Shown: piece after piece, positions 52,253 through 64,000 of the stretch | How positions within the stretch are numbered: position 1 is the stretch's first letter | How the letters are laid out: each line of letters opens with the position of its first letter | DNA from: Sphagnum compactum | Lineage: Eukaryota | DNA length: 64,000 bases | Assembly: GCA_965153455.1 (NCBI GenBank) | Contig: OZ234493.1 | Span: 4,278,001 to 4,342,000, forward strand | Direction of reading: 5' to 3' | Translations under genes and position numbers: made by a program | The notes under the pieces: model-generated | Told to the model about the DNA's origin: nothing | What the model saw: the letters and a program-made list of their open reading frames with translations, nothing else | Databases searched by the model: none

Positions 52253-53027
52253 TAAAAGGTGAAATGTTTAAAATTCTTTCTTTCGACAATTCATGAAAAT
52301 GTGTAGGTCTTGTCTAATTTTGGTCGTGACATTGTATTTCCTTTTTTTTTTATAATGTTCTTATATTAGCTTTTGCACTTTTAGCTTTAGCAATGAAAAC
52401 TTTCAATGTAATTTTTTCACTCATGTTTTTATCAGAAAAAATACTAGAAGCATGTACAAAAAATGAAACAATAATGCCAAAAGCAAACATCCTCGAGGTT
52501 TCTAGGAAAAAAAACAATGGCCCAATTGTAAAGGTGCAAAGTGTAACGTACCTTACCCTAAGGGTAGTTTCGTCATTAAATAATATTCAAAATAATGAAA
52601 TGAAATTTTGTGAAAATATGAAATTTGATATGTTCAAAATCATCATAATTATCATAGGCTACAATCTGAATAATTTCACTACTCATATGACAATATTATA
52701 ATAGAGACGATGAAAAAAAATATAAAGAGTCCCTACCCTTTGGCCCCCATGTGTATAGGTGAAAGGAGGACAACATTTGCCAAAGCATATGGGATAAAAC
52801 TGAGGTGCTATGGGGAACACCCTTGGGGAACACACTGGGAACCAAGGGAACATAAGGGGAACCCATTGGGAACATGAAGGGGACAATGAAAAAATGAAAA
52901 AAAATCCTCCTCCCCCCCCCCCCCCCCCTCCCCACTACACTACCCAAAACTTCAAAGAAAAATAAATCAAGACACTTTGAGTGCATGCTGAGCCTTCCCA
53001 TTGACTGCATAAAATTCCAATGCATAT

Positions 53028-53262
53028 AAACTGGGGGTACTTATTCATTTATTTATTATTAAATTAATTAGTTGGGCTGGGCTAATACCCCCCATTAGAA
53101 ACTGGGGGTACTTAGTTATTTAGTTATTATTAAATTAATTAGTTGGGCTGGGCTAATACCCCCATTAGAAACTTGGGGGTACTTAGTTATTTAGTTATTA
53201 TTAAATTAATTAGTTGGGCTGGGCTAATACCCCCAATTATAAACTGGGGTTACTTATTTTAT
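53028..53262. repeat. ~71-bp tandem repeat x3.3 just upstream of the WD40 gene
   Basis: aaactgggggtactta..tattattaaattaattagttgggctgggctaatacccc starts at 53028, 53099, 53169 and 53241 (partial). Confidence 0.92.
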
Positions 53263-53918
53263 TTACTTATAATCTTCCGAGAATTAACAATTAAGCCAAA
53301 ATTTTCCTACCATACCAGAGCGTACCATACCCCACCCCGACCGAATTTGGCCTGTTTTGAGCGCGTTTCTGTGGCGTGCACAAGTGGAGCTTCCTCGGCT
53401 GCTTGGTTTTTGCAGCTTTCTGTAGCCGCGGTTGTTCCCTTGCCCCTAGTTTTCTACAACCTCGGGAGTGTTTCGAGATTGTCCATGAACGTAGAGCAAA
53501 CTGTCTTTGTTTGTTGTATAGTCTGTTGTGAAGAGGAAGAAGAGTTATGGAGATTGGCGGGGCCAGGGTTTGTTTCGTATAGGGAGATTGAGAACGAGGA
53601 TTGATGGATGGAGCAGGACGGGGCTAGTCAGTGAGGGAGGCGAATAGAAAACCAGAGAGAGAGAGAGAGAGAGAGAGCCTGCGTGTAGAAGAGCAGATAT
53701 AGGGATCTGAAAGTGAAGAAACGGGACGTGGGTGGGCTTATTATGTAGAAATGAGGAGGGCATGCGCAGAAGGAGCAGCGTAAGTGGCAGGGTTTTACCT
53801 CGTGGTCCGGGAAGAAGACAGATCGGGAGAGGGGTGGAAGAAAGGGGTGGTATGCTGGAAAGCTTGGAGGTTCTGGCGCGGTCCTCCTGCAGCTGCTCGA
53901 GTGGAAAAGGAGGTGAGG

Positions 53919-56900
53919 ATGGCTGCGTCCAATTCACAAATCCCTGGTGTTCGCTCTCATTTTAAGACCCCTGAGGGTCGTTATAATTTGTCTCATGAGA
54001 AGACTCATCCGACCGGCCTCCTGCACTACAACTTCGGCAAGGTCACAACTCAGGTATGCAACTTCTGTTATCCCACTCCACATGTGAAGTTTGACTCCCG
54101 TGGACGTACGATGCCTGTGAGGAGTATAGTCCAGTCCCAAGGACTGCTTTCGTTTTTCTGCACATTAGGGCACGTGTTTTGGTTGGAAGAAGGAAATTCT
54201 GTCAATTCTGTCAATGTTCTCCTAGAGCCTCGTTTTTGATGGCATACTTGTTGGAATCTGGCATCCAAAATTCATGTGGACCCTCTATGTTGTTCTCATT
54301 TTAATTGGTTTTGCATTCTCAGCTCATGGAGTGTTGGTATTCTTGTTTGATTGTAGCACCTTAGGGGGAAGGAGAAAAGGTGGACATTAGATAACACTGA
54401 TGTATTTCTACTGATCACCTCATAGAAGCCAAGATGATGAGCTAGATTTGCGCGGTTGTGGTACATGTTGTGTTTCACAGTTGTCTTTGTGGTTTTTCAA
54501 TGCAGTGAATTGGTTCTGTTGTTTCTTTGCATTAGGGTTATTTGCATTTCAATTGAGGGAATGTATTTTATTTTATTTTATCCAAATCATTGCACGGCAG
54601 GTTGATCAGCACACACTATAAGGAGCATGCTGATGTTGAAGCAGTTCTATGTGCTCAATAATTTTAGAAGAACATGTAGGCAATGAAAGAATGCAAGTTG
54701 GAAGGGTGACAGTTGCTACGTTGCAAATGGTTGAGAGCAGGTGACTTTGGCACATTTGAAGGATAAGCCAGCACAAACGCCAGCAAATAGTACCAGCTCC
54801 AGTGCCAGTGGAGGGGTTAGGTTCACGACAAGACTGTTGGGGGCAGGGAATGGCAGCAGAGGACTTGGCTTTGGAGGGGGCAATGGATTCACTGGTAGGC
54901 TTAGTGGGACGAGCAAATCAACAGCAATACCCATCACAGGCATGAGCTCAAGCAATGGTCCTATGACCTCTAGTTTTGATGGAGAGGGCACTTATCTTAT
55001 TTTTAATGTGGGCGATGCACTTTTTATCAGTGATTTTAACTCACAAGACAAGGCAAGCATTTGTGAACTCTTACTCAGTCAGGTGATCAGCATTAGGATT
55101 GTAAGAAGGTTGGTACAAAGTTATCAGACAGATTAGGTCTATGTCATACTGGAATGCTGGAATACAATTTGGGATGACCCACACACTCTGTCATGGCTGT
55201 AATTTGTACTCTTTGCATAAAATACCTGTGCTTACCAGATATTATGCCCTCTTGGAGGTTCCAGGTCTTGACTACTGGGAGCTGCTTATTGAACTTTGAT
55301 GAACTCTGTTAGTTATTTATCAGTGTATTGTCGAGCATTATTGACCAGCCATGTTTTTATCCTGCTTCTCTATTTTACTGAGCAGGAGCCAATTAAGATC
55401 ATTCACTTCAACTCTGCCAATCCAGTCTGCCATGCGTTTGATCCAGAAGCAAAAGATGGCCATGATCTTCTGGTTGGTTTGAATTCGGGAGATGGTGATT
55501 ACTTATATCCTTCCAAATTCTTTTCAATATCTAGATCAAAGCTTACTATTTTACTGGTTAGCTACATTCTGTTGACCGAACTGTTGAATGTGCAAACTAG
55601 CACACCATTTTGGCCCCTTGCCTTTGCTTGTCTGAATGATTTGAGCATTTGATTCTATTCATTGGCTTGTGTGCATCTGGAACCTTCTTTTTACAAGATT
55701 TCGCATGGTGATTGTGGAACAGTGTACTCAGCATCTCTGAGACAACAGTTGCAGGATGTGGGAAAGAAGTTGGTGGGAGCTCTACACTACAACAAGGATG
55801 GGTCTATCAATGGCAGGTACATTCTTTCTCAGCATCTTTTTGTAAAGTTTCATAGTCAAAAACTGATATGCTACCTAGTTTTTGGTGTGGTATGTTGTAT
55901 GGAGCCAACAGCTGGTTTGACTTCATTTATTGCAAGAATCCCGATGAACTAGGCAAAGATTAAGTAATGTTGTTAGGCCCACATTTTGGTCTGTTTCTAG
56001 GAATCAGTAACATGATTGCCTTTGCCAGGCTTTGCCAGGCTCTGCAGCTCCATTGTTGAGTGATGCATGCACAACTTGGATGGAAGAACTTCCTGCCAGA
56101 ATGTTTCTTTGATCTATATTCCTTTTAGAAGCATTTTCTAGTGTCAAGGTTTTTTCCATCCTACCAGGTTGTCTGGTTTCCTGTTGACTTTTCTGCTGAG
56201 AACATAATCCAAATCAGTTAGGTCTGTTTGAACAAGAGTGTTAGCATGTTTACAAATTCTGATAAACCTGACTTCATACCAAGACAAGAGACTAATGAGG
56301 AACCTTGTTGGTGGTGCAGCCGTTGCAATGCAGTTGCATGGGTGCCAAATGCAGAAGGCCTCTTTGTGGCAGGGCATGCAGATGGCAATGTCTATGTTTA
56401 TGATAAAGTGAGTGGCATGAAGACTAGTGTGCTCTCTGGTGAATCCTTTGTTGTCCATGGTTTTGCATTCTTGTTTTTAGATGTTCATTACATCATTCTA
56501 CCGGGGTTTTTTGCCAAGTAGAACAGTTGTGTTATCAGGGTGTCACAAAGTAAGGCAAGATCAGAAGACAGGACCCTTGACTGTGAACATGTGCGAGTTT
56601 GTGGCAGAGCAAAGATGGGAGTGGAGATGTACCATTCCCACCTGTAAAAGATACCACCCAGTTCTCCATTTCTCATGCCAGGTCTAGCAAGGTAATTTCA
56701 CACTAAGCAGCAGCTCTTTCCAATTCTGTTTGCATTGTGAAACTGAAGTTGGGCCAAGTGAATATTGTGCTCCTTGGTCTCAGTGGTTGATGCAAATACT
56801 TATGCTTAGTATGACCATGTCTGATGATATGCATGCCTATCAAGATGTCATGAGTTAGAATGGACCATCATCCTCTTGTTTAATTGTGGTAGGTCAAGTG

Positions 56901-59900
56901 TAGAAACTGCCACTGGTCTTCACAGCACATGGATTGCATCTTCCATTTAAGCAGCTTTCTGGTCCTTGAGTGCAAATGGTATTTTGGTCTTTTCCAAAGA
57001 GGTTTTGTGTGTTCTTTGCACGAATGGTTGATGCAGAGCAACCCAATTGCGAGATGGCACATCTGCCAGGGCTCAATCAATGGTCTTTCATTTTCACCAG
57101 ATGGCAAATATTTGGCAACAGTTGGCCGGGATGGTATGTCTGTTCCATTGTCATTTCTTTTTCATACTTTTAGGAGCTCTCCCTGAGTGTTGGATGCCCA
57201 TTTCATTTAGCAATCTCATACTTCTTTCCTGGAATGTCCTTCAACAGAAAACTGGCACACTTGCCCAATTGGTTATAGATCCTGACAGTGTGGAGGGAGT
57301 CAACACTAAAGTTTTGGGGGGAATTATATTCAGAAAGAAAAGCTGTTGGCTACTTACAAAATTGTTGCATTACTGGTCTGGATGATGAGTGTGATTGCAC
57401 AATCTTTATGATTAATGCTAATTTAGAGTGCAAAGTTGGTTCACATGGAATTAGTCACATAAATAGATGGCCTTCACATTCCATCTAACAGAAAGTGATA
57501 CACAATTTTGTGGGTGACAGGCTATTTGAGGGTGTTTGAGTTTGCGAAGGATTTACTGGTGTGTGGTAGCAAGAGTTATTTTGGTTCTCTGCTCTGCTGT
57601 GCATGGAGGTATCCCAACATTCAACCCACCAGATTAATGTCACAGTGAGTTGTAGGTTTATCTAGAAAATCATTGGGTTTTTAGACCTGCTGTTGATGAA
57701 GTCAGTGGGGATGTTATGGTAGGTGGTTAAAACCATACTTAAAACTGTTACTGTTGAAGGTCCCTGAATATGCAGTTACTGTCTGTCATTCAAGGCTCCC
57801 CAGTTTTTTTTGTGGTCTTGTTTTCTCTTTTCTTTACGGTTATGTATGCTCTTTTTCATGTTTGCTGTTTGATTGCTGTTATGTTGTCAGTTTTGAAATA
57901 TTCATAATCTTGTTATCAGGTATCCTCTCAATTCTGTTCAGGTACCTTAAGTTGTAACTAGTGAGAAATTCTCAGTACTATGAAGTATTTTCAGACCTGC
58001 ATGTGGATTATTGTTAGCCATCTCATCTCACATGATGTGATGCAGTGAATAATTTTTTTAAAGTTTGCAATATGCTCCTGGAAGATGGTTTGTTTTGTCC
58101 TCGCGTTGTGGAGGCTTGCAGTTCTAAAGTTGTCTTCATTTCTCAGATGGTTAGTCTTATTCTCCTTCTGAAGAATTAGGCTATCCTCTAAAGATTCTCT
58201 TAAACAGGATTAGAGGCTCTCTCAATAAAAAATTCTTTTTGAAATTTCATTGTTTTGAGTTGTCTGAATGATCAATTATAGAGTTTTGTAAGTGGGGAGC
58301 TTTTTGAAGTCCACTTGGTTCTCATTTCTCTTTTTCTGTTTATTCTGTTTTTCTCTTCCTATTGTGTGTACTTGTTTGTTTTTCACCCCCTGTTGGGAGC
58401 CAATGAAGTCACTGGGGAAGTTGTGATAGATAAGTTGCTATCATACACCTTGCTGTTGATGGTCTGTGAACAAGTGTGAGACTGTTACTGTTGTTCATAC
58501 TGCATGCGTTTGAATTTTTTGTATATTTGTACTAGTTTTGTCCCTTTTGTGTTGTTCTTTCTTCCCAATTCTATAAGTCCTTATCTGGAAATCTTTCTTT
58601 GACTTAAAAAGAGAAGTTTTAACCTTGTTCTGGCTTTCTTAAATGTAGAGAATGGAGATCTCTTGATGCTCATGAGAGTTGTATCTTTTGTTTTTCTCTC
58701 TATTTTTCTCTGTATTTTCCCCTTCTATGGTGTTTGGTGCTAGCCAGTATCATGGCTGAGTCATTTCTTCCGGACTCGTGACAGAGACTCAGTACACTTG
58801 CCTATACCCCCTGTAGGGAGCTGATGAAACCATTGGGTAACTTGTGATAGATAAGTTGCTATCATGCATGTGACTGTTGATGGTCCCTAAGCAAGTGAGA
58901 GATAGTCACTTTGTTCATACTGCTAGTCTTATTGTTCTTTTTTCAAGTTCTACCCTTGTGTGTATTTCTTCTTCCCAGTTGTTCAGTCTTATCTGGAAGC
59001 CTTTCTTTGACTTCAAGGAAAGTTTTGAACCTTTTTCTGGCCTTCTTAATCATGAGTGTGGAGATTTCTCAATTCTTGTGAGAGTTATATATCTTATGAG
59101 TATGTTTAATATTGTGGAGGGTAGCTATAGGACTAACTAGAGGGGTATGGGACAGTCCCGATGGGAAATACGTATTGACTGGAGGCGAAGATGATTTGGT
59201 TCAAGTTTGGAGCATGGAGGACCAAGCTGTAGTTGCATGGGGGGAGGGCCACAACTCTTGGGTTGGTCTTGTCCTTCTTCCTTTATTTTGGTAGAATTGT
59301 TCCCACCAGACTCCATTTGTTCAGGAGTTCCCAGTCATTTTCCCTTCTAAGGCCAGCTAAGACTTGTTTTTTGTGCACAAACCTGGAGCATCGATACACT
59401 CATTATGTGGGAAGCTTGTTGTAAGGGTGAGGAAAAACATTCTGTAGTCTAGTATGGAGTTTTCAAAGGGAGCATGAGTCTTATCAATGAGTGCCAGCAG
59501 GTGAGGTGAGCTGTTAGGTGCCCAGCTTGTCATATTATCTCCTAAGCATTAGATCAACCTACTAACGTTCATGAAAGTTTAGCTTTATGACCTTCTCTTT
59601 GACTTATTTTAATGTAAGGTTGATTGGGTTCATCTGGATGCATGACAGGTTAGTGGGGTGGCCTTTGATCCTTATTGGGAAGCACCATCCCCTGATACTG
59701 GGGCTGGTGAGACTACCACTTACCGTTTTGGTTCTGTAGGTCAGGTATGCTTCTTTTGAGACACTTGCTTGATGTCTAGAGATTGGCATGTTGTGAAGTG
59801 TGCATTGCAAAAGGCTAAACATTATGGAAATTTGAAATAGTATAGTTGTCTACTTTCATCAGAATTGATGTGCTTTTGTTACACAGGACACCCAACTGTT

Positions 59901-60297
59901 GTTGTGGGATTTAGCTATGGATGAGGTTGTGGTGCCATTGCGGCGCATGGCACCTTCAGGGGTATCACCATCATCCAATGCATCCACTAATCACTCAACA
60001 CATTGGGATGGGGCCATGCACACATTGGGTGCCTTGCATCCTGCACCCATTCGCAAGGAGGTGCCCAAGCTAGCACCTGTGATGGCCCATCGTGTGCATG
60101 CTGAGCCTCTTTCTGGACTCCTCTTTACAAAAGAAGCAATTGTGACAGCATGCCATGAGGGTCATGTGAAAATCTGGGATAGGCCAGGCAAGGGCTATGC
60201 CCTGGTGGACCATCGAGCAGAGCTTTCAGCAGTAGGTGGCCCTAAAGATAAGCTATTACCATTGGGGAAGGGAGCTATCTTGCATTTGAGGCAATGA
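53919..60297 (+). CDS. WDR20: WDR20/DMWD/CreC-family WD40 protein (~539 aa)
   Basis: Exons 53919-54053, 54741-55052, 55386-55494, 55723-55816, 56320-56407, 56608-56691, 57037-57133, 57521-57608, 59156-59261, 59649-59744, 59887-60297. Motifs [75 protein letters not shown]. Confidence 0.92.
57686..57765 (+). repeat. Intronic structured element, copy W1 (WD40 intron 8)
   Basis: tgatgaagtcagtgggga..tatggt/accata hairpin..tgttgaaggtc. Confidence 0.6.
58386..59100 (+). repeat. ~420-bp tandem duplication in WD40 intron 8; each copy begins with the intronic element (W2 at 58386, W3 at 58807)
   Basis: ccccctgttgggagccaatgaagtcactgggga matches copy U at 27/33; downstream ttatctggaa..ctttctttgactt..ggagat is shared by both copies. 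Confidence 0.85.
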
Positions 60298-62938
60298 TTA
60301 TGGACACTTTGGCCCATTCTTTGTGTTCTCTTTTCCCTCCTTACTCCAGTGTGCATATGTCTCCTTGTTGAGGTCTGCAATTGGGGCTCAGTTTGTCATT
60401 TAAAAAGTCAGGCCACATCTCTTAGATCAGTTGGATGTGATTCATGTTTAAGTTGTCCTGGAAAGAAATCCTGTGATTGGATTTACATACTACTTGGTTG
60501 TTATGAGCAGTTTACATCTACATAAGACACTTCAATGTGTTCAGAAAGGTCAATATGTAGTTGACAAATTTGAGAGAACCTAAGCCACTGAGGTATGTCT
60601 TGTAGGTTATCAATTAGTGTTTTTTTTTTCCAGAATCCGGGTACATTTCAGTGAGAATGAGAAATTATGGGGAAGTGCAGTAGTTGAGGCAACTCAGGAA
60701 CAACCTGGATTCACACACTGCAGATGGAAAACAAACTTTCTATGCCCTGAAGTTCAATCTATGATCAGTGCTGTTCAGTCACTGGATTAGATCTTTGGCT
60801 TTTGTTTTGTGTGGGGTTAGTGTTGGGTGTGATAAGAAATCTGTTTCTTGAAAATGCATGATGGCCATCCTTTTGAGCTTTGAAGTCCCTCAAAACAAGT
60901 TGAGATGTCTTGCACCTGAGATCAGGCATTTTACAGTCTTCCTGGGATTAGTGGTAGATTTCAATACCCTATGTTGCATAGAGGATTTCATAAGGGTGAC
61001 ATGCATAGATGGGCTATTTCTGCATCTAGAAGACTGATCTGATATACTGAGACACACAACAGTCTGTCTACTGCCTGAACATCATTGGAAGGAAATTCTT
61101 TGTTGGAGTAAGAGTTCTTAAGAGGTTGGCCCCCATTAGTTCATAATTTGTTGAACAGGCATCATGGAACAGAAACCACCGGGTTTCCCATGTGGACATT
61201 TAACTGCTCAGCATCCTTACAAACTAGTCATTACAAGGAAATCCCTTGGGTTGTATACAACCGTATGACCATACCATTTGGCAAACTCTTTCCCATGGGA
61301 AAATAAGGGTATTGAACTCAATTTAGCAGTGAACCCTAAACCCAACAGTCAATTCAAGGGGTTGGGCCTTGATAGCTTCAAGTGTAGCCTCTAGGATTTT
61401 ACTTAAGCAATATTATTTTCTCTTAGAAATCTTGGTTGACAAATTGATGACACCCTCTCTTTTCGCAAAAAGTTGAAAGCTACTGACCTTTTATCACCCC
61501 CAATGTATGTGTGCATCTTCTACCGTTCAAGCAACTTATAAGTAAACAAGTGGATTGACTTTGGGATTCTATCTTAGAGTGTTTGCAGCATCACACTCTG
61601 TATGAAATGAATTGTGGTCAGATGTTTGATGTTCATGAAACCCAAATGCTCTCATATTTTGGTCTTGGTGTGAACACATGGCTTATAACCCGACTTGTCA
61701 TCTCAATGTTTCATTGTCTTGTGCAATTTTTTCAATAGCACTTCAAACTAGGCCAGAGCTCCTCCATCCTTGGGCCTTCTTTGATGCATGAGTAAACAAC
61801 AAATTCCCACCTTATGTGATGTGCTCATGGCAATGAGCATATAGGGACACATAGTGCAATGTGAGATGCCATTGCAACTACATCAATTGATCATGAAGTC
61901 AACTTCTACCTAGTATGAGAGTAGTTGCACACTCTTCACTCAACCCCATTCAACTTCTCCTTGATGGGTCGTTGTCATCCTCTTTGAAGTTGGGGTTATT
62001 ACCTTAAACAAAGTTATTATAGTCAATCCAACACACATATACATAATGCCTTGGTCATGTTCTACATAAGGCTGGATATGGAAAGGAAAGAAGTTACCAC
62101 AACCAACACCTTCTAACAATAGAAATGTTTGGTTATTCACACAAACAAGCAAATGATTTGATAGCCAACAAAACAGGTATGCAAGGGTCAAAGGTTTTTC
62201 CACTTTCAATCTTGCTTACATTCCTTCCAAAAGGAGTTGTAATTACTCTTCAGAAATATGCAAGCATCTCTGATCTTAAGTCAGGTAAAATGAGCAGGGT
62301 TGGTCACCTCTCAACTCCGCCACACCATCATGGATGCAGCCCCCCACTCCCACAGCTAATTGTTATTAGCTGTTGGTAGTGGACTTGGATCTCATTATCA
62401 CACCCTAACCTTACATCATTCATCAAATGGGAGTTAGCTCCTCTCTTTTTTGTATTTCCAATGCTTCTCTCTTTATGACATTTTACAAAATTCAGCTGGC
62501 TTACATCAAACATCACACAGTTGACCGCTCCCAATGTCAACAACTGGTATCAGACTGCAGTTTCTCTAGCACTTCTCATCTCCTCTTCAAGACTATTTGC
62601 ATACAAATACAACAAAGAATGAGGTAAGTTGGCTGTGAAATGGTCCATGCACACCAGGGTGCCATGCAAAGAGATACCTCAAGAGTATACAGATGTTAAT
62701 AGCTGCTTCAATACCAAGAGAGACCAACAATATACATGTTCCCTACTCCCTTTCAAATACATTAGCTTTCTAGCTCTCCCTGCATCTGTCTATATGCGGC
62801 TGTGCTATATCCTATTCAATCAGAGCACTGCAGATTCCTACAATCAGTGAATATGCCTGCAATCAGATTCAGGGGTCCCACAAACCATTTCTGCCCTCTT
62901 ACAAGTCAAATTGCCAAGGGAACATCTGCAGGCTCTTA

Positions 62939-63961
62939 CTAAACGTCTTTGAAAGTAACAGACATTGCACTACCATTCTCCGATGATGGGTTGTGTAGGT
63001 GATGCTTGTGCAAGGACAATTTAAGAGAACCTACTTTATCTGGTATTAGTTTGAAGTCGACATCCTCTGTGTTGGACCAGCTTTCCTCTCCAGCAGCAAG
63101 AATCTCTGTGACTTTCTTTGGACCTGAAGATTGAACTAACTTCTCAGCCATCCTGCTACTTGAGGCTTGCTGTTTTCCATTACCCTTTCCTCTCTCCCCC
63201 CTGCCTGTACTTGACTTCACCACTTGGGTAGAGCTTGTCTGCATAGGCATGTCTGCAAAATCCGCTGGCAAAAGATCACTTTCATCAATGAGTCCTAAGG
63301 TACTTATGTGGTCTCCATTAGTCCCAAAATCTTGAGTTTCCTCTAGTGGCTGATCCAAATCTGTGGTAGAAGTCAAAGGGTACCCATCCCCAGGACCATT
63401 AGCCATGGTGGAAATCAAAGGAGTACTGCTCTCACTGGGACCAGTGCCTTTCTTGGACTGCCGACTTGTCTTGGGCAACCGGGGATCACGAGGAGGTCGA
63501 GGCTCTTTCATTGTCTTCAGCTCCCTAGACGGCTTAGCCAACTTCAGTGATTTGGCCTCCTTGGGAACTTTGGGCACTCTAGCTGGCCTGGGCACTTTGG
63601 GAGGCTTTGGTGGCTTCATCTCTAGACTGCGTCGCCTCTGTGGATCATTCATGCCAAAAAAGAAAAACAAAAATAAGAGGTGAAAAGATTCATCATTGGT
63701 CTCTCCCAGATATGTCTTTCAAACACATGGAGTTGGGATATGTTTGATGCAGACCTTATTCCCACTGACCATAGCCTCATCCGGGGCATTTCCAGTCACC
63801 CCTTTCTCTGCAGTCACTGAAGTATCTCCCCCATTGTTTGTGACCTCCACAGGAGCAGCCAGGATCTCATCATCAAGAGAAGCACCACCTTCTGCATCAA
63901 GACGGACTCCCTTTAAGCCCCCTGCGACGGCCCACCCCTTCCTTCGCCTTCCCTTCTTATC
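62939..63961 (-). CDS. Last two exons of an unidentified gene continuing past the right edge; basic, Pro/Lys-rich, low-complexity C-terminus
   Basis: Exons 63961-63755 (DKKGRRRKGWAVAGGLKGVRLD..SGNK) and 63637-62939 (RRRSLEMKPPKPPKVPRP..VTFKDV*) join in frame through GT-AG. Confidence 0.75.
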
Positions 63962-64000
63962 CTGCAGTCACATGCCAGGAGGCAAAACCCTTATGCATCA

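Noticed and set aside
56770-56830. tRNA A-box-like tggtctcagtgg in a WD40 intron
   Set aside because: No B-box or cloverleaf

Overview
Eukaryotic, intron-rich plant genomic DNA. The protein sequences and repeats look bryophyte-like, possibly Sphagnum; this is inference. Six spliced genes were reconstructed by hand from GT/GC-AG junctions: exportin-1/CRM1 (minus strand, runs off the left edge), a three-qRRM hnRNP F/H-like protein (-), a ULP2-type SUMO protease (+), a PAM2 + 2xRRM CID-type protein (-), a WDR20/DMWD-type WD40 protein (+), and the 3' end of an unidentified gene (-, right edge). The AT-rich spacers hold a mini-CACTA element with TSD, a non-autonomous Helitron, a pogo-like transposase relic with a nested TIR insertion, a solo LTR with TSD, and several minisatellites. 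Three observations stand out. (1) A ~130-nt structured element occurs six times, only in introns, always sense to three unrelated host genes, with compensatory stem changes and C/D-box-like motifs. (2) A (GTAA)5(GTGA)4 microsatellite forms an array of 5' splice sites matched by two acceptors 4 nt apart in the SUMO protease. (3) Two homologous hairpins lie between convergent 3' ends. No databases were searched; family calls come from recognised motifs.
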